From positions 113,462,001-113,526,000 of the forward strand of contig NC_045697.1 of assembly GCF_009834535.1 (NCBI RefSeq): a stretch of DNA of 64,000 bases. The letters run 5' to 3'. Below are positions 50,103-61,039 of the stretch, piece by piece (the first letter of the stretch is position 1; the number at the start of each line of letters is the position of its first letter). The notes below the pieces were generated by a model that saw only the letters and a list, made by a program, of their open reading frames with translations, was not told the DNA's origin and searched no databases. Made by a program: the position numbers and the translations under genes. The stretch is from Camelus ferus (Eukaryota).

Positions 50103-50877
50103 CACTAAATAAAACTCAAATGCCTAACTACCTCTGCATGGGGAGGACAGGTTGGGGTTAGTCTCAAAAAAACCAGCCTCATATTACCTGAGAAAAGCCA
50201 AGTAACTCCTCTTTGTTTCCACATTACATACAAGCACAGTCACTCATCTTTCCTCTTGATATTTTGGTATCTGCATTAAATTCTTTCTTTTACTTTCAAG
50301 TCCTGCCATCATTCTGGAATATAAAATCCAGAGACACAATGGTTACTCAGTTTTTCTCGACTACAATAATCTTCCCTCTCCACCTTTATCAGCCATACCC
50401 CAAGATGACTTTTGTGTAAGGCTGTGCAGTGCGTGAACTGCACAAAGCACCCACAAGTGTGTGATCAAGGGCTGAAATCCACATGGGCTGAAGAGATGCG
50501 AGACCCTGCTCTGCTAACGGGGCTCTGGCCCCAGGACCACACCCAGCACCTTTCAGTCACTCAAAATCTATGGTCCTTTCAGACCAATAGCCTTGGAATT
50601 ACGCTGTCTTAATGCAACACACCCTGCTTCCAGATCATCCGCTGAGGACATCTATCACCTCCATTACCCGAGCCCATGGAGAATGCCAGCCTACCACAAT
50701 TCTTATTTCTCCCTACCCATCAGAATTTTCCTTTTATCATTTCACTTCTAATACAAATTAGATTCCATGAATAAATGTCTTCACATATATCTCCTAAGTC
50801 TTCTGTAATTATTTTGATACATCAAAAAAAATTTCAACTGCAGATGAAGGAAATTGCCCCCCCATCCATGTATATAC

Positions 50878-51420
50878 TGTCAACTGACATAAAACATAAA
50901 GCCTGAAAGTTGAGAGTTATATTTTATTCAGTGGACATTTCTGAGGACTGAAACCCCTTGAGCCAGGATGACAGCCTCTCAGATGGCTCTGAGGGGCTGC
51001 TCCGAAGAGGTAGGGGAGGAGCCAGGATCTATAGGAGCTTTACAATAAAGACCAGGTAGTCAGAAGATCAAAGGATTACTGTTAATTAAAAACAAAACAA
51101 AACAAAACAAAACAAAGAAAGAACCAGATAGTTCAAGTTAAGGAATTTGGCACTTTTCTATGTAGAGGAAGGCACACAGGTCTGGGCTTATTGGCATCAT
51201 TCCTTTGACATGCACCTAGCTATCCAGAGATGGCCATTGTCCCGCTGTTTCCCATCCTGAGTCCCCTCAGGGTGCGCTGTTGGGGGGTTGGCTGCAGAAG
51301 TCAGGCTGCCTGCTTGTCTGCATCCTGAGTTCACTTACGGAGGGGGTGGTAGCAGCTGATGACTTAATGGCCACAGCATTCTCTGTTTACTGATATGCCT
51401 GGCCGTATTTTTCATTCACA
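50878..51420 (-). mobile_element. ERV1-type solo LTR (MER41/LTR39-like cetartiodactyl family)
   Basis: tgtcaac...ttcaca termini, minus-strand AATAAA ('ttttatt' near 50922-50928) and flanks atac/acac. Confidence 0.85.
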
Positions 51421-51589
51421 ACACCCAAATAGCTCAGAAAAACTAGAGAATCTTTTATAGTAGGGCACTGTGATACAACCAAAAATTCATGATCATTAAT
51501 CTCAGATTTGGACATAATGTCACTTTATAATCAACTAACTGTTACTGACTCTCAGTCCAATTTTCTGCATTTGCTACAACAAATTTTCC

Positions 51590-51958
51590 CTAATATTCTC
51601 AAACTGCCATCCTCAGAGATAGCTTTGCCTCCTATTTTCAGTGAGAAAAGAAAAAAAGAGAAGATTGGAGAAGAATTACCTCACTTTGTAACAATCAAAT
51701 CTATAAACATTTCTCAATATTAACTTCTTTTCTCCATTCTTCTGTTACAAGCAGAAATTTATAGTTTCTTCCAGCTAAACCTATAATCGTTTCCCCATTG
51801 CCCTGTTGATACCTGAGCACAGCCTGACTTCTCTATTCCAGAAACGTCGGCTATTAATCATCCTTCCGTGGCCCCTTCTCATTTTCCCTATCTTCAATCT
51901 CTTCATTATTATTAGAATATTCCTATCTGTCATTAAACTTGTTTCCTATCCCACTTTA
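51590..51958 (+). mobile_element. L2 fragment
   Basis: 'ctttgcctcctattttcagtgagaaaa...gaagaattacctca' is an L2 motif. L2 appears to resume after about 52350. Confidence 0.5.
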
Positions 51959-51961
51959 ATT

Positions 51962-52295
51962 CTGCTCCAAAGAGGTGGGGGAGGAGCCAGGACATATAGG
52001 AATTTTTGTAACAAAGATCACGTAGTCAGAACATTAAAGATTACTGTTAATTAAAGAAAATTAGATATCTGAAGTTAAAGAATTTGGTGCCTTCCTGTGT
52101 ATGGGAAGATACAAAAGTCTGGGCTCACTGAAGTCATTCCTTTGATCTGCACCTTTGCTCTCAGGACCAGTATCCTGTTCCTTCCCATCCTGAGTCCCCT
52201 CAGGGGGCATCGTTGGGGTTAAGAGTACTGGCTCATGACTGGGTGGTTTCAGCTTCCTTTGTTTACTGATGTGGCAAGTAGTGTCTGTCATTCAC
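51962..52295 (-). mobile_element. Truncated second LTR of the same family as 50878-51420
   Basis: Shares 'ggggaggagccagga', 'gattactgttaattaaa', 'ttcccatcctgagtcccctcaggg' and 'tgtttactgat'. Confidence 0.8.
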
Positions 52296-53379
52296 TCTTA
52301 CTAATTAAGGGCTCAAAGTTTTTAACCTTAGTTTCCTCTAAATTTTTCTGATAATTTTTTTCAGAGAAGCCAGAATGACATTTTTAAAGTGGTATGCCTG
52401 TTAAAATCCTTTAGTAAGTCCTATTTCCATCCAAGTGAAGTCAGAGTTCTTAATATGGCTCCCAACTCCAATCTCTCCCACTCCACGGGGAGCTGCCTGC
52501 CTCCTGGTCTCCATCCTCTGTCCATGCTCATCGGTCCATTTATTCCTTACGCTGTTTCCTCAGCCTGGAGTCTTCCTTCTCTCTCCATCCAACTAGTGGT
52601 TACCTGCTCTGTGTGTCTAAGTTTAATGTCTCTTCTCTGGATAATTTTCTTCGTCTCTCAGACTTTGTTGGGTCCTTCTTGACCTTCTTATGTAACACAT
52701 TTTCTAAATGATTAACCCAGGAGAACTGCTTTCTTTTTGGGTCCTTCTCACTTTTCAATTTGAGTTTTGATTCCTGTCTCACTCCCCTCATTTTGTGCCT
52801 CACATGGAAAAATTTCTGGGCTCTGATGGATTACATGGCTTAATCCATTTATAGGTGGTGACATTTTTTTTTTTTAAAGTATCTAAATAGACCAAAAAAT
52901 AGCACCTGCTTGCATTTCAATTGGAAGTAGCAGTGAGTTGTACACACTTAAAAAGGACGCAGGTCACCTCATGAATTTTAAAATTTGTCTGGTTGATATC
53001 TATTCATTTAAAATATAGTCTAAAAAGTGTTAATGCATATATTTGATGCAATGATAAATGTGTAGTATAAATGAAAATTGGCATAGTAAGTTCCAGACAA
53101 GAGAAAAGTTTTACTGGTAAGAGGTAAACCAGAAAACCCTCTAACGGGATCATGAGGAAATACCAATATTGGTGCACGTTTGTTTTATAATTCTAACACT
53201 TAAAATTAAAGAGGAACATTGTAGCACACAAATTGATTTGGACAAGTTGACTCTCAGAAGAACACTTCGGCTCTGTAGAATACCTGGCAGAGAAATGTTA
53301 TGTCCTTGTGAAAGTACTCCGTTGGGGAGTAGGGGTGGGAAAGAGTCTAATAATGATTGAACTGAAATCAGCAAATGGA

Positions 53380-53530
53380 CTCTTAAACCTGGGAGAGGTA
53401 CCAGAGGTGATCGCATCCAAGCCCTTTACATGGCAAGTGAGGATGCTGAAACTGAGGGAAGTCTCCCAGATCAAGATGTGTTTCCAGCAAACAGAAGAAC
53501 TGATCAGAATCCCAGTCTCTTGACATATAC
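53380..53530 (-). mobile_element. MIR fragment
   Basis: 'gaaactgaggga...atcagaatcccagtctcttgac'. Confidence 0.45.
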
Positions 53531-54746
53531 TAATGCTTCTTATTCTCTGGTAAACATTTTACTGGGCTAGATTTTAACAAGGAAAGAAAACAAATTCATG
53601 CCAAATTTGCATGCACAAAATGCTGAACAATACGTCATATTAATTTAGCAAAACACATAGAACATTTGCCAATTAGGAGCTTTTAGAAAACAGGATGTGT
53701 TTTATACAGTACGACATGTATGATTATTAAGAGCATTAAGACACTCTGAACAACTGAAAAAAAAATTTAAAAAGGTAATAATGGGGAAAAATAAAAAACT
53801 TAAAAAAATGCAGAGGGACATTTTAATGGTAGATTTGGGGAAAACTGGTAGGTGATAAATGACAAGACTTGAGTATTTAGACGGGGGGAGAAAGGAAACT
53901 CATTACCTGTAATTCATCGTTTGGAATTCTTCTTTGAGAAAGTGAGATGTCAGAAAATATTTGAGTAAAAGGGTGCAGAATTCTTGGCAAATGGAAATGA
54001 ATTATCAATGAGGCCAACAATCTTCTGTTTGCTCCTCTGGGTCAACCTCTTTAAGCTTTTGCAAACTGCCTTGTGTCCTGGAAGACTGCCCCATTTAATT
54101 ACATCAGTAAAATCCCATGGTCTGCTGCCTCTGGCTTCTAATCGGGTTGAGCCAATGGGCAGTACTGTGAGAGATCTACAAACAAGGACAAAATGAGCTC
54201 AGAATGCATCTTTCCTGGGTGCCTCTGGCTGCCTGCGGCCCCCTGTGTGGGCCCACTCCTTCTCCTAAGGTTGCCTGCCCTAGGAAACCCTTTCTCCTTC
54301 TGAGTTGAGAAACCACTCCTTTTAATATTCCCTGGTGCCTCCCCAGTTGGCATCTCTGCTGCTGCTGGTCCAATGTTTACACACAATCCTTTGTGGTCTC
54401 CTCATTCTGACCTTTTCAATTACAACTTTTGTAAATACCTCCTCTTTAATAGATCTCCATTTTTATGATTTCATTGGTTTCCTATTGGGTCCCTGATTGA
54501 CACAATGACTGCCACTGGAAATGGTCCCACTAAAAAGGTCTTTAAAATGGAATTCTTAACTTTTATTTGTCATATATTTAAGGAATGTGTGGGTAACTCC
54601 CATTGCAAGGGAAAATAAGACACAGGTCATTCACAGCAAGTAAAAAAAAGAAAAATTCAAAGTATCACCAGAGGGTACATGGGGTGGAGTGCATTCAGAG
54701 GACAAGGTCTTAGGAGAGCAGGGACCTCTGTGCTCAGTCACTGTGG

Positions 54747-55367
54747 GCTGCAGACAGCTGTCAAGGCAGCAGGCCTGGGACTGCCATCCTGCTTGTAAGA
54801 TCAGCTCTCGGCTGGCATATGGGAATTTGGATTTGGATGCGGTCTCATTATTCCCAGAACTTCTAAGAGTAGCTAGCTGTTCTTAAACTGTTTATACTGT
54901 GTTCCCCCCACCCAGCTTTATTGAGGTACAATTCAGATATAAAAACTGTATGTATTTAAGGTGTACAAGGTGATGTTTTGATGCACCAAACAACATGCTT
55001 TATGTTGAACACCTGCCTTCCTCTGGGAGTCTGGAAATTTTGGTACATTTAGACTGTGAGTGCCTTCTTGACCAGCCATCAGTAAAAGCCCTGGGACTGA
55101 GTCCCTAATGAGCTCCCCTAGGAGACATTGTGCACATTTTGTCACGCCTCTCTGGAGGAATTAAGTAAGTCCTGTGTGACTCCACTGGGAAAGACAGAGA
55201 TGGTGCCTGTTTTCTCTGTACTTTACCCAATATGCCTTTCCCCTTGCTGATTTTGCTTTGTCTCCTTTAGTTTTAATAAATCATAGCATTCACAGGATTC
55301 TAAGAGTCATGTAATCCTCCTTGAAAAACTGTTTAATCAGTGGGTGGCTAGGGGGCTCCTCAACACA
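54747..55367 (+). mobile_element. MER68-like ERVL solo LTR
   Basis: 'agcaggcctgggactgccatcct...ggctggcatatgggaatttggattt...ctgggagtctggaaattttggtac...tcctgtgtgactccactggga...aataaatcatagc'. Confidence 0.8.
54898..54987 (-). mobile_element. Short L1 3' terminal fragment inside MER68
   Basis: 'cccagctttattgaggtacaatt...atgtatttaaggtgtacaaggtgatgttttgat' is an antisense L1MA-type terminus. Confidence 0.65.
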
Positions 55368-57094
55368 CATGGTAACAAAAATGCTTTCTGTGATTGTGGA
55401 ATCCCCTGGTTACTACCTAACCCCCTTGAGAGCATATATAGATGCAGAGCATACAAAGATGAACTGAAAGTAGGATTCTAAAATTAAGAATACATGTGGA
55501 GGCCAAAGATCTCCATAGCAATTTTGAAATTTCTTATCTCTGGTAGACACAGTGTAGATACAGCTGGGCATCAGCCTTGCATTGTGAGCATCTCAAAGGA
55601 ACAGTACAAATTACTCCCTTTTGTCCTAACAAGTTTCCTACAATAAAGTAATGATGCTGATGGGAAAAGAATGAGACCCTAGGACGTTGGCTGGAGACTT
55701 TAGGGCAGAGTTGAGGTGGAGAGACTTGAACATCCAAATTTCCACTAAATGTTCATGCTATAGGTGGCAAACTATTCCCCTATCTAAGGGGCCCTAGTCC
55801 ACATCTCCATTAAAGCTCTCCTGTGCCATTGGCTCATACCAGCCCTCTAGGATCCATCTTCTTTTCTTTTTCTGCAAGGCAATTGTTGTGTTTGATTCTG
55901 ACATGGTCTGCAGAGACCAAGTGGTATAAGACATGGTCCAGGAGGAGATAACCTGTACAGCAAGAGAATAACAAGAGCTTTCCAGCCTTTATCTGCCCAT
56001 CAGGCTGGATGACTAAACAGGATGGAAGAGGACATGGGTGCTGAGGAACAGAGGTGTGGACTCTGCTAAACAGATTCCCACTCCACAGCCAGTCTCCACC
56101 CATGCACCCTGCTCCCTCCTCCAGGATCCTAACCTGCACTGACTTCATCACTCGCTTGTCTGGCATCTGTTTGGGTTAAAGGACAAAGAAGCACTGGTTG
56201 GGATCAAGAGGAAGGAACAGGGTGAGGGGAGGGTGCTTATTTCTCTGCTCCTGTCCTGAGAGTTCGCCTTGGCTGGTCGTGTCCCTTTATGGAAGGTCTT
56301 TGGTTCTCCCAAGGCTCCACCCAACTCTCTTTCCTTTTCCTCCCTTCATTCCTCAGTGTGGAGGGGTGGTGACAGCTCTGCTACTGTTGACCTCTGTTCC
56401 CTCCTCTACCTTTTTGCGCTCCCTTTAATCTTTTTTTTTTTTCTTTTTTGCTAGTTTGTTTCTTTGCGAATAAACACTATTCAAGCGATCTTGAGTTTAG
56501 CATACCATCTCTGTCCTGTTGGAACCCACCCAAAGATGTAAAAAAAAAAGTTGTGCTGGCTGTCGCAGCAGGAAATTGAAGAAAAGGGCATGAAACCAGC
56601 AGAGACTGAAGGCTCTTGAATAGAAAACAATGAAAGACGAGATGATCTGCGCGTGTCTATGTGGAAGATTACGAAGTGGAGGGTGAGGGGCTTTGTTCTT
56701 ACTGAAGGTGCGATGAGCCCTCCAGGAAGGTACCGGAGATGGGGGCAAGGGAAATTCAGCTTAAGACAGTGATGTTGTTACGCCATCTTCATAGCCATCA
56801 TTACCCTTGTGAGCAGCAGCCTTCATTAACATCACAGTGACACAGAATGACAAGAATGACACCAGTGCTCGTAACTTCTTAGTAAGAATAGTATAAATAG
56901 CAGCAGGACATTTATTTATGTTTATGTCGGGAAGTAATGCCCAGTTTTGAATGAAGCTATGATTCTAAGATCAGTGGGGAAAACTGATGCTAGAGGTGTA
57001 AAGAAACAGCCAAGGGAATCTGACCAAAAATTAGCTGATGTACTGTAGACTCCTCAGCTGACAGCGAGGATTCTGAAAGCTACTAAAAAGAGCA

Positions 57095-57250
57095 TTAATT
57101 CCATGGCAAATATTTATTGACTTACTTTTAGGCACCAGGACTTGAATGAATTCTGAGGCTGCAGATGCAGATGTGAGCAAGGCAGACAGGGCCTCCTTTT
57201 TAAGTTCTTTAATTCATGAGTGTACAAATAGCTTATGAACAGGATAATTA
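57095..57250 (-). mobile_element. L2 3' end
   Basis: 'caaatatttattgacttactttt...gtgagcaaggcagacagggcctcct'. Confidence 0.55.
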
Positions 57251-58239
57251 TCATTATTATTTCATTTAGTCTTGGTTATTCAATAAAGTCAACTGAGAAC
57301 TAGCTGAAATGCTAGTCTCATCTGACATACAGACTCCTTTCCAATCTCTGTTTAATTTATCATCTAGGAAGCATTTTGCATTGATGGAGATGTATCTGTT
57401 AAAGAGAGATTAAAAAAAAAAAAAAAGGGAAAAAGTCCTGTCAGTTATGCAGTTCAGAAAGTTAAGCATGAGAAGATTCAAACTGGGATGCAAAATAAAA
57501 CAAGTTTTTTTTCCGTTTCTAAAGCTCATATTTCTCTAAGTTTCTGGCCTTACTGTGTCATAATTAGAAACCAGGCTTATATTAGTTGGAATGAAAATGT
57601 TTAATCCTTTGGAATTGATCAATTATTTCATTTCTCTCTTCTTGTGGACACTCCCAAAGGCCCTTCCTTTTGTTATCTCAAATATTGGCAACTCGAATAA
57701 TTGTTATTCCTAGATTGATAAGCTATTGCAAATATCATTCCTAGGTTGAAAAGGTAATGCTTAATAAATGTGATTAGTTTTGAATTTGTAGGATTTTCTG
57801 TAATTTTAAATGGATGCTGAAGGTAGTCACTCTAGAGCACAGCATTAGTCTTGTCACTTGGACCTGGTTTCCATATTCCTGCAAAAAACATTATTTATGA
57901 GATGAAAAGAGTCAATAGTATGGATCAATTGTATGGGTGTCCTTTTCCTGTCCCTCTGATAGCTAAAGGAATGCCATAGCTATAAATCTACAACAATGGG
58001 GATGAGGAGGAAGCTGCTAGAAGTTGTGTTCCAGCAAAGCTAAGGAGTAAATTCAGAAAGGAAAAAATATGAACGATCAGGAAAAGGACACCCTACACTG
58101 GAGAGGGGTGGAGAGGGTTCCCAGGGTTACGGCCACCTGCAGGTGAGAGAGGAACCATCTCGCTCAGAACAGAAGGCTCGAGGGAGAAGATCTCCAGGAG
58201 AACGTATGCAGCTCTTGCGTGTGTCACTAACACACTTTG

Positions 58240-58770
58240 ACACACAGAGTGTGGCTTGTGGGCTTCGAGGACAAGGAAGAGGCCCCACAGAGAGCCGCAG
58301 GGGGCTTCAGTCACATGATGTCTGCTATGCCCTCATCACTCCCGTCACGAAGACAAAAATCAGGAAACACAGAGGACGTTCATCTCTCAACATGCAATTG
58401 TTTTAGCCCAACTGACAACCCTGAGTTAGGACCTAGCAACCCCCTCTCCCAAGCTTCCTCAAGTGTACCAGACTGCCTACCTCCTCCCAGAGATAAACAT
58501 TTCCTTCCCCAGGAGTAACGAACTTAAGCCCTTAGATAATAAGCAACTAATGTCTGGAAACCTTCAACACAACCCCCTTCGTTAAAGTGCTGACGTGGTC
58601 AGGCCCTTCCTTATAAAAGACTCTTAAGAATCTGCCCTCAGGGCACCAGGCGCCTCTTGTCTGTCTGCCCACCTGTGCCTGCAGCCGCGTACCTAGTAAG
58701 CTTTTCCTTCGCTTTTCTTTGTTTCTGGCAAATTCTTTTACTGCCAGTGGTACTGGTCTGCCTTGTCACA
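58240..58770 (+). mobile_element. Probable solo LTR (family not recognised)
   Basis: TATAAAA at 58612-58618 and an LTR-like U5 'tttctggcaaattcttt...gtcaca'. The 5' boundary is uncertain. Confidence 0.55.
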
Positions 58771-59679
58771 CGGCACGGATAATCCCATTTCTGTAAGAAT
58801 GCTGATGAAATGAACGATGAGCTCACGAGACCACGATAGCTATTTCTAATACGTACTGCATTCCTTAGTCCTTTCTTGGGGGAGGGGCACAAAATAGTAA
58901 ACCAATTTTTGAAAAATAGGAAGAAGTTGTGTAATTGTTAATCTAACAGAAAGCTAATATGAATGATAAGAAAGCCTAAAAGCCAAACAAATTTTTTATA
59001 AACTATGCAAGAATCCTTTTAATGAACTCCCTCAATATCTGTCTATAAGGATCTGCATGAAGACATTTCCTCAAGGAAAAGTCTCTCCCCCTGATAGTCT
59101 GTCTCTCACATTAAGTAGAGCATGTCTAGAGGCAGTTTTCTTTCCCAGTTGACTGGGGGCTCATGACAAGTCTAGTAGTTAGAAGGGGACAGAGAAAGGT
59201 AATAACAACAGATATCTAAGGCAGATAATTGAGACTAGCCCCCTCCCCAAATCAAGGCAAAACAAAACAAAGGCCTAACATTTATGAGGCAAACATTTCA
59301 AAATAAAAAATGTATAAGTTCTTGCAAAACCCATGCCTCATTTCTGTCACCACTGGCCCAGTGACCGTGCAAAAGCAGACTCCCCGCCTTGCCTGGGTCA
59401 GCCACTGACCATGGGGAGAAATGACCTGTACCAACCATGTAGCCACTGACCATGGGGTGACATGTGACCTGTTTTGGTTCATGTTAGGTAAATGCTGAGC
59501 TTTCCCTAAGCCCTATACCTCAGGAACACAGGATGATTAAGAAATCCCTCCACTCTGGGTGTCCCAGGAAAGGACTTACTGCAAAGAGCCATGCTTGTCC
59601 CATATGACCTTGATGGGACTTGGAGGATGGCCTTCTTGTTGACCCTGGTCAAGGCTGGGCACCCATCTCCTTCTTTGTC

Positions 59680-60435
59680 TGTCAACAAAGAGCTGAGCCA
59701 TTTGCACCCACTGACCAATGTGGACAAAATGCCCCTTGACTTGATATTACCAAGTATTGGCCAAGCTTCTGTCTTCCCAGGGTCCTGAACTTTGACCCAC
59801 CCTAAGTTTTAAGCAAGCGTTGGGAGCTTAAGCAGGTACTGGAGTGAAAAGCAACCCTCCCCACTCTCCAAGATCCTCCTTGAGAATCGGCTGACGGCAA
59901 AGAAGACATTTCCTGTTCAGCTCCCATCACATCACCTGCTCAGCCCTCTCCTCCATGCCTGGCCTTCTCTGTTCTTGTCTCCTCTTCCCTAGAAAAGAAA
60001 ATCCTTTTCTGCCTAATCTTTTTTTAAAAAAATTTTTAAAAAATTAAAAAAAAACATTTTTTTTTAAATTCAGTTGATTTACAATGTTAGTTTCAGATGT
60101 ATAGCAAAATGATTCAGTTATACATACACACACATGTATCTTTTCTTGTCAGATTCTTTTCCATTATATGTTATTACAAGAAATTTAATAGAATTCCTTG
60201 TGCTCTACAGTAGGTCCTTGTGGTTTATCTATTTGATATATAGTCATGTGTGTCTGTTAATTCTCAACCCCTAATTTATCCTTCCCCTCTCTCCCCTTTG
60301 GTAACCATAGTTTGTTTTCTGCCTAATCTTTGAACAACCTACAGGTCTTATGGTTGGAGCATTTTCTCTCCCCCTATTCCAATAGTCTTTTTAAATAATG
60401 TCTCTCCTTTTGGTCTGAGCTGGTTTTTTGTTACA
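59680..60435 (+). mobile_element. MER31/MER67-like ERV1 LTR split by L1
   Basis: 'ccttgac...accaagtattggccaagcttc...gagaatcggctgac...cccctattccaatagtctttttaaataatgtctctcct...gttaca'. Confidence 0.55.
60022..60314 (-). mobile_element. 5'-truncated LINE-1 3' UTR with perfect 17-bp TSD
   Basis: TTTTCTGCCTAATCTTT at both 60005-60021 and 60315-60331. Confidence 0.92.
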
Positions 60436-60649
60436 AGGGAATCTCCCAGTCTGGAGCCTCTTACTGAAGTGAGGGCTCCCTTTGACTCCCACCTCTTCCA
60501 TTTTCCAAGTGCCATCAAAATTCAATGTTATTAATTTTAGGGCAGAGCTAATGTAATTATACCAAGTGCTAAATTTGCTTGATAAAATTGTGGATGAAAA
60601 TGTTAACAGGTTGTGGGTTTTTTTTTTTTTTTTTTGAAATTTTATGAAA

Positions 60650-60840
60650 TACCAGGGACTTCGTTAAGTACTTATCCTTAATTTCCAGCACAACACAGTA
60701 GAGTAGGTGTTATTATTCAGACCCATTTTGCAAACAAGGGAATTTAAACTGAATGAGGATTAAACTGAGGCCTAAGCCACTCAACTATGTATGACACACT
60801 TAAGATTTTAACCCAAGTTTGTCCCACACCAGATTGCTCT
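60650..60840 (-). mobile_element. MIR
   Basis: 'caacacagtagagtaggtgttattatt...cccattttgcaaacaagggaa'. Confidence 0.6.
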
Positions 60841-61039
60841 TAAGTTGTATGCGCACACACACACATGGGTACATATTACATTCATTTTTTACTAGTCAGC
60901 TAGAAGTTGGGAGTGACTGAATAATCTAGCATTCCCTACATTAATTGTTGGTATTTTCGTATTTTAGTAATCTCTAACCTTTGGCACTAGAGAGCATAGC
61001 AATCACCCTTATCATTAGTTGAGTGATGGGTTAAACTTT

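Larger units (their letters stand above)
54009..56535 (+). mobile_element. Degraded, internally deleted ERVL-class provirus with LTR40/41-like LTRs
   Basis: The 5' LTR (about 54009-54504) ends 'ccctgattgacaca'. A gag-like remnant KVMMLMGKE*DPRTLAGDF sits at 55645-55701. PPT-like 'agaggtgtggac' precedes the 3' LTR (about 56062-56535). Confidence 0.6.
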
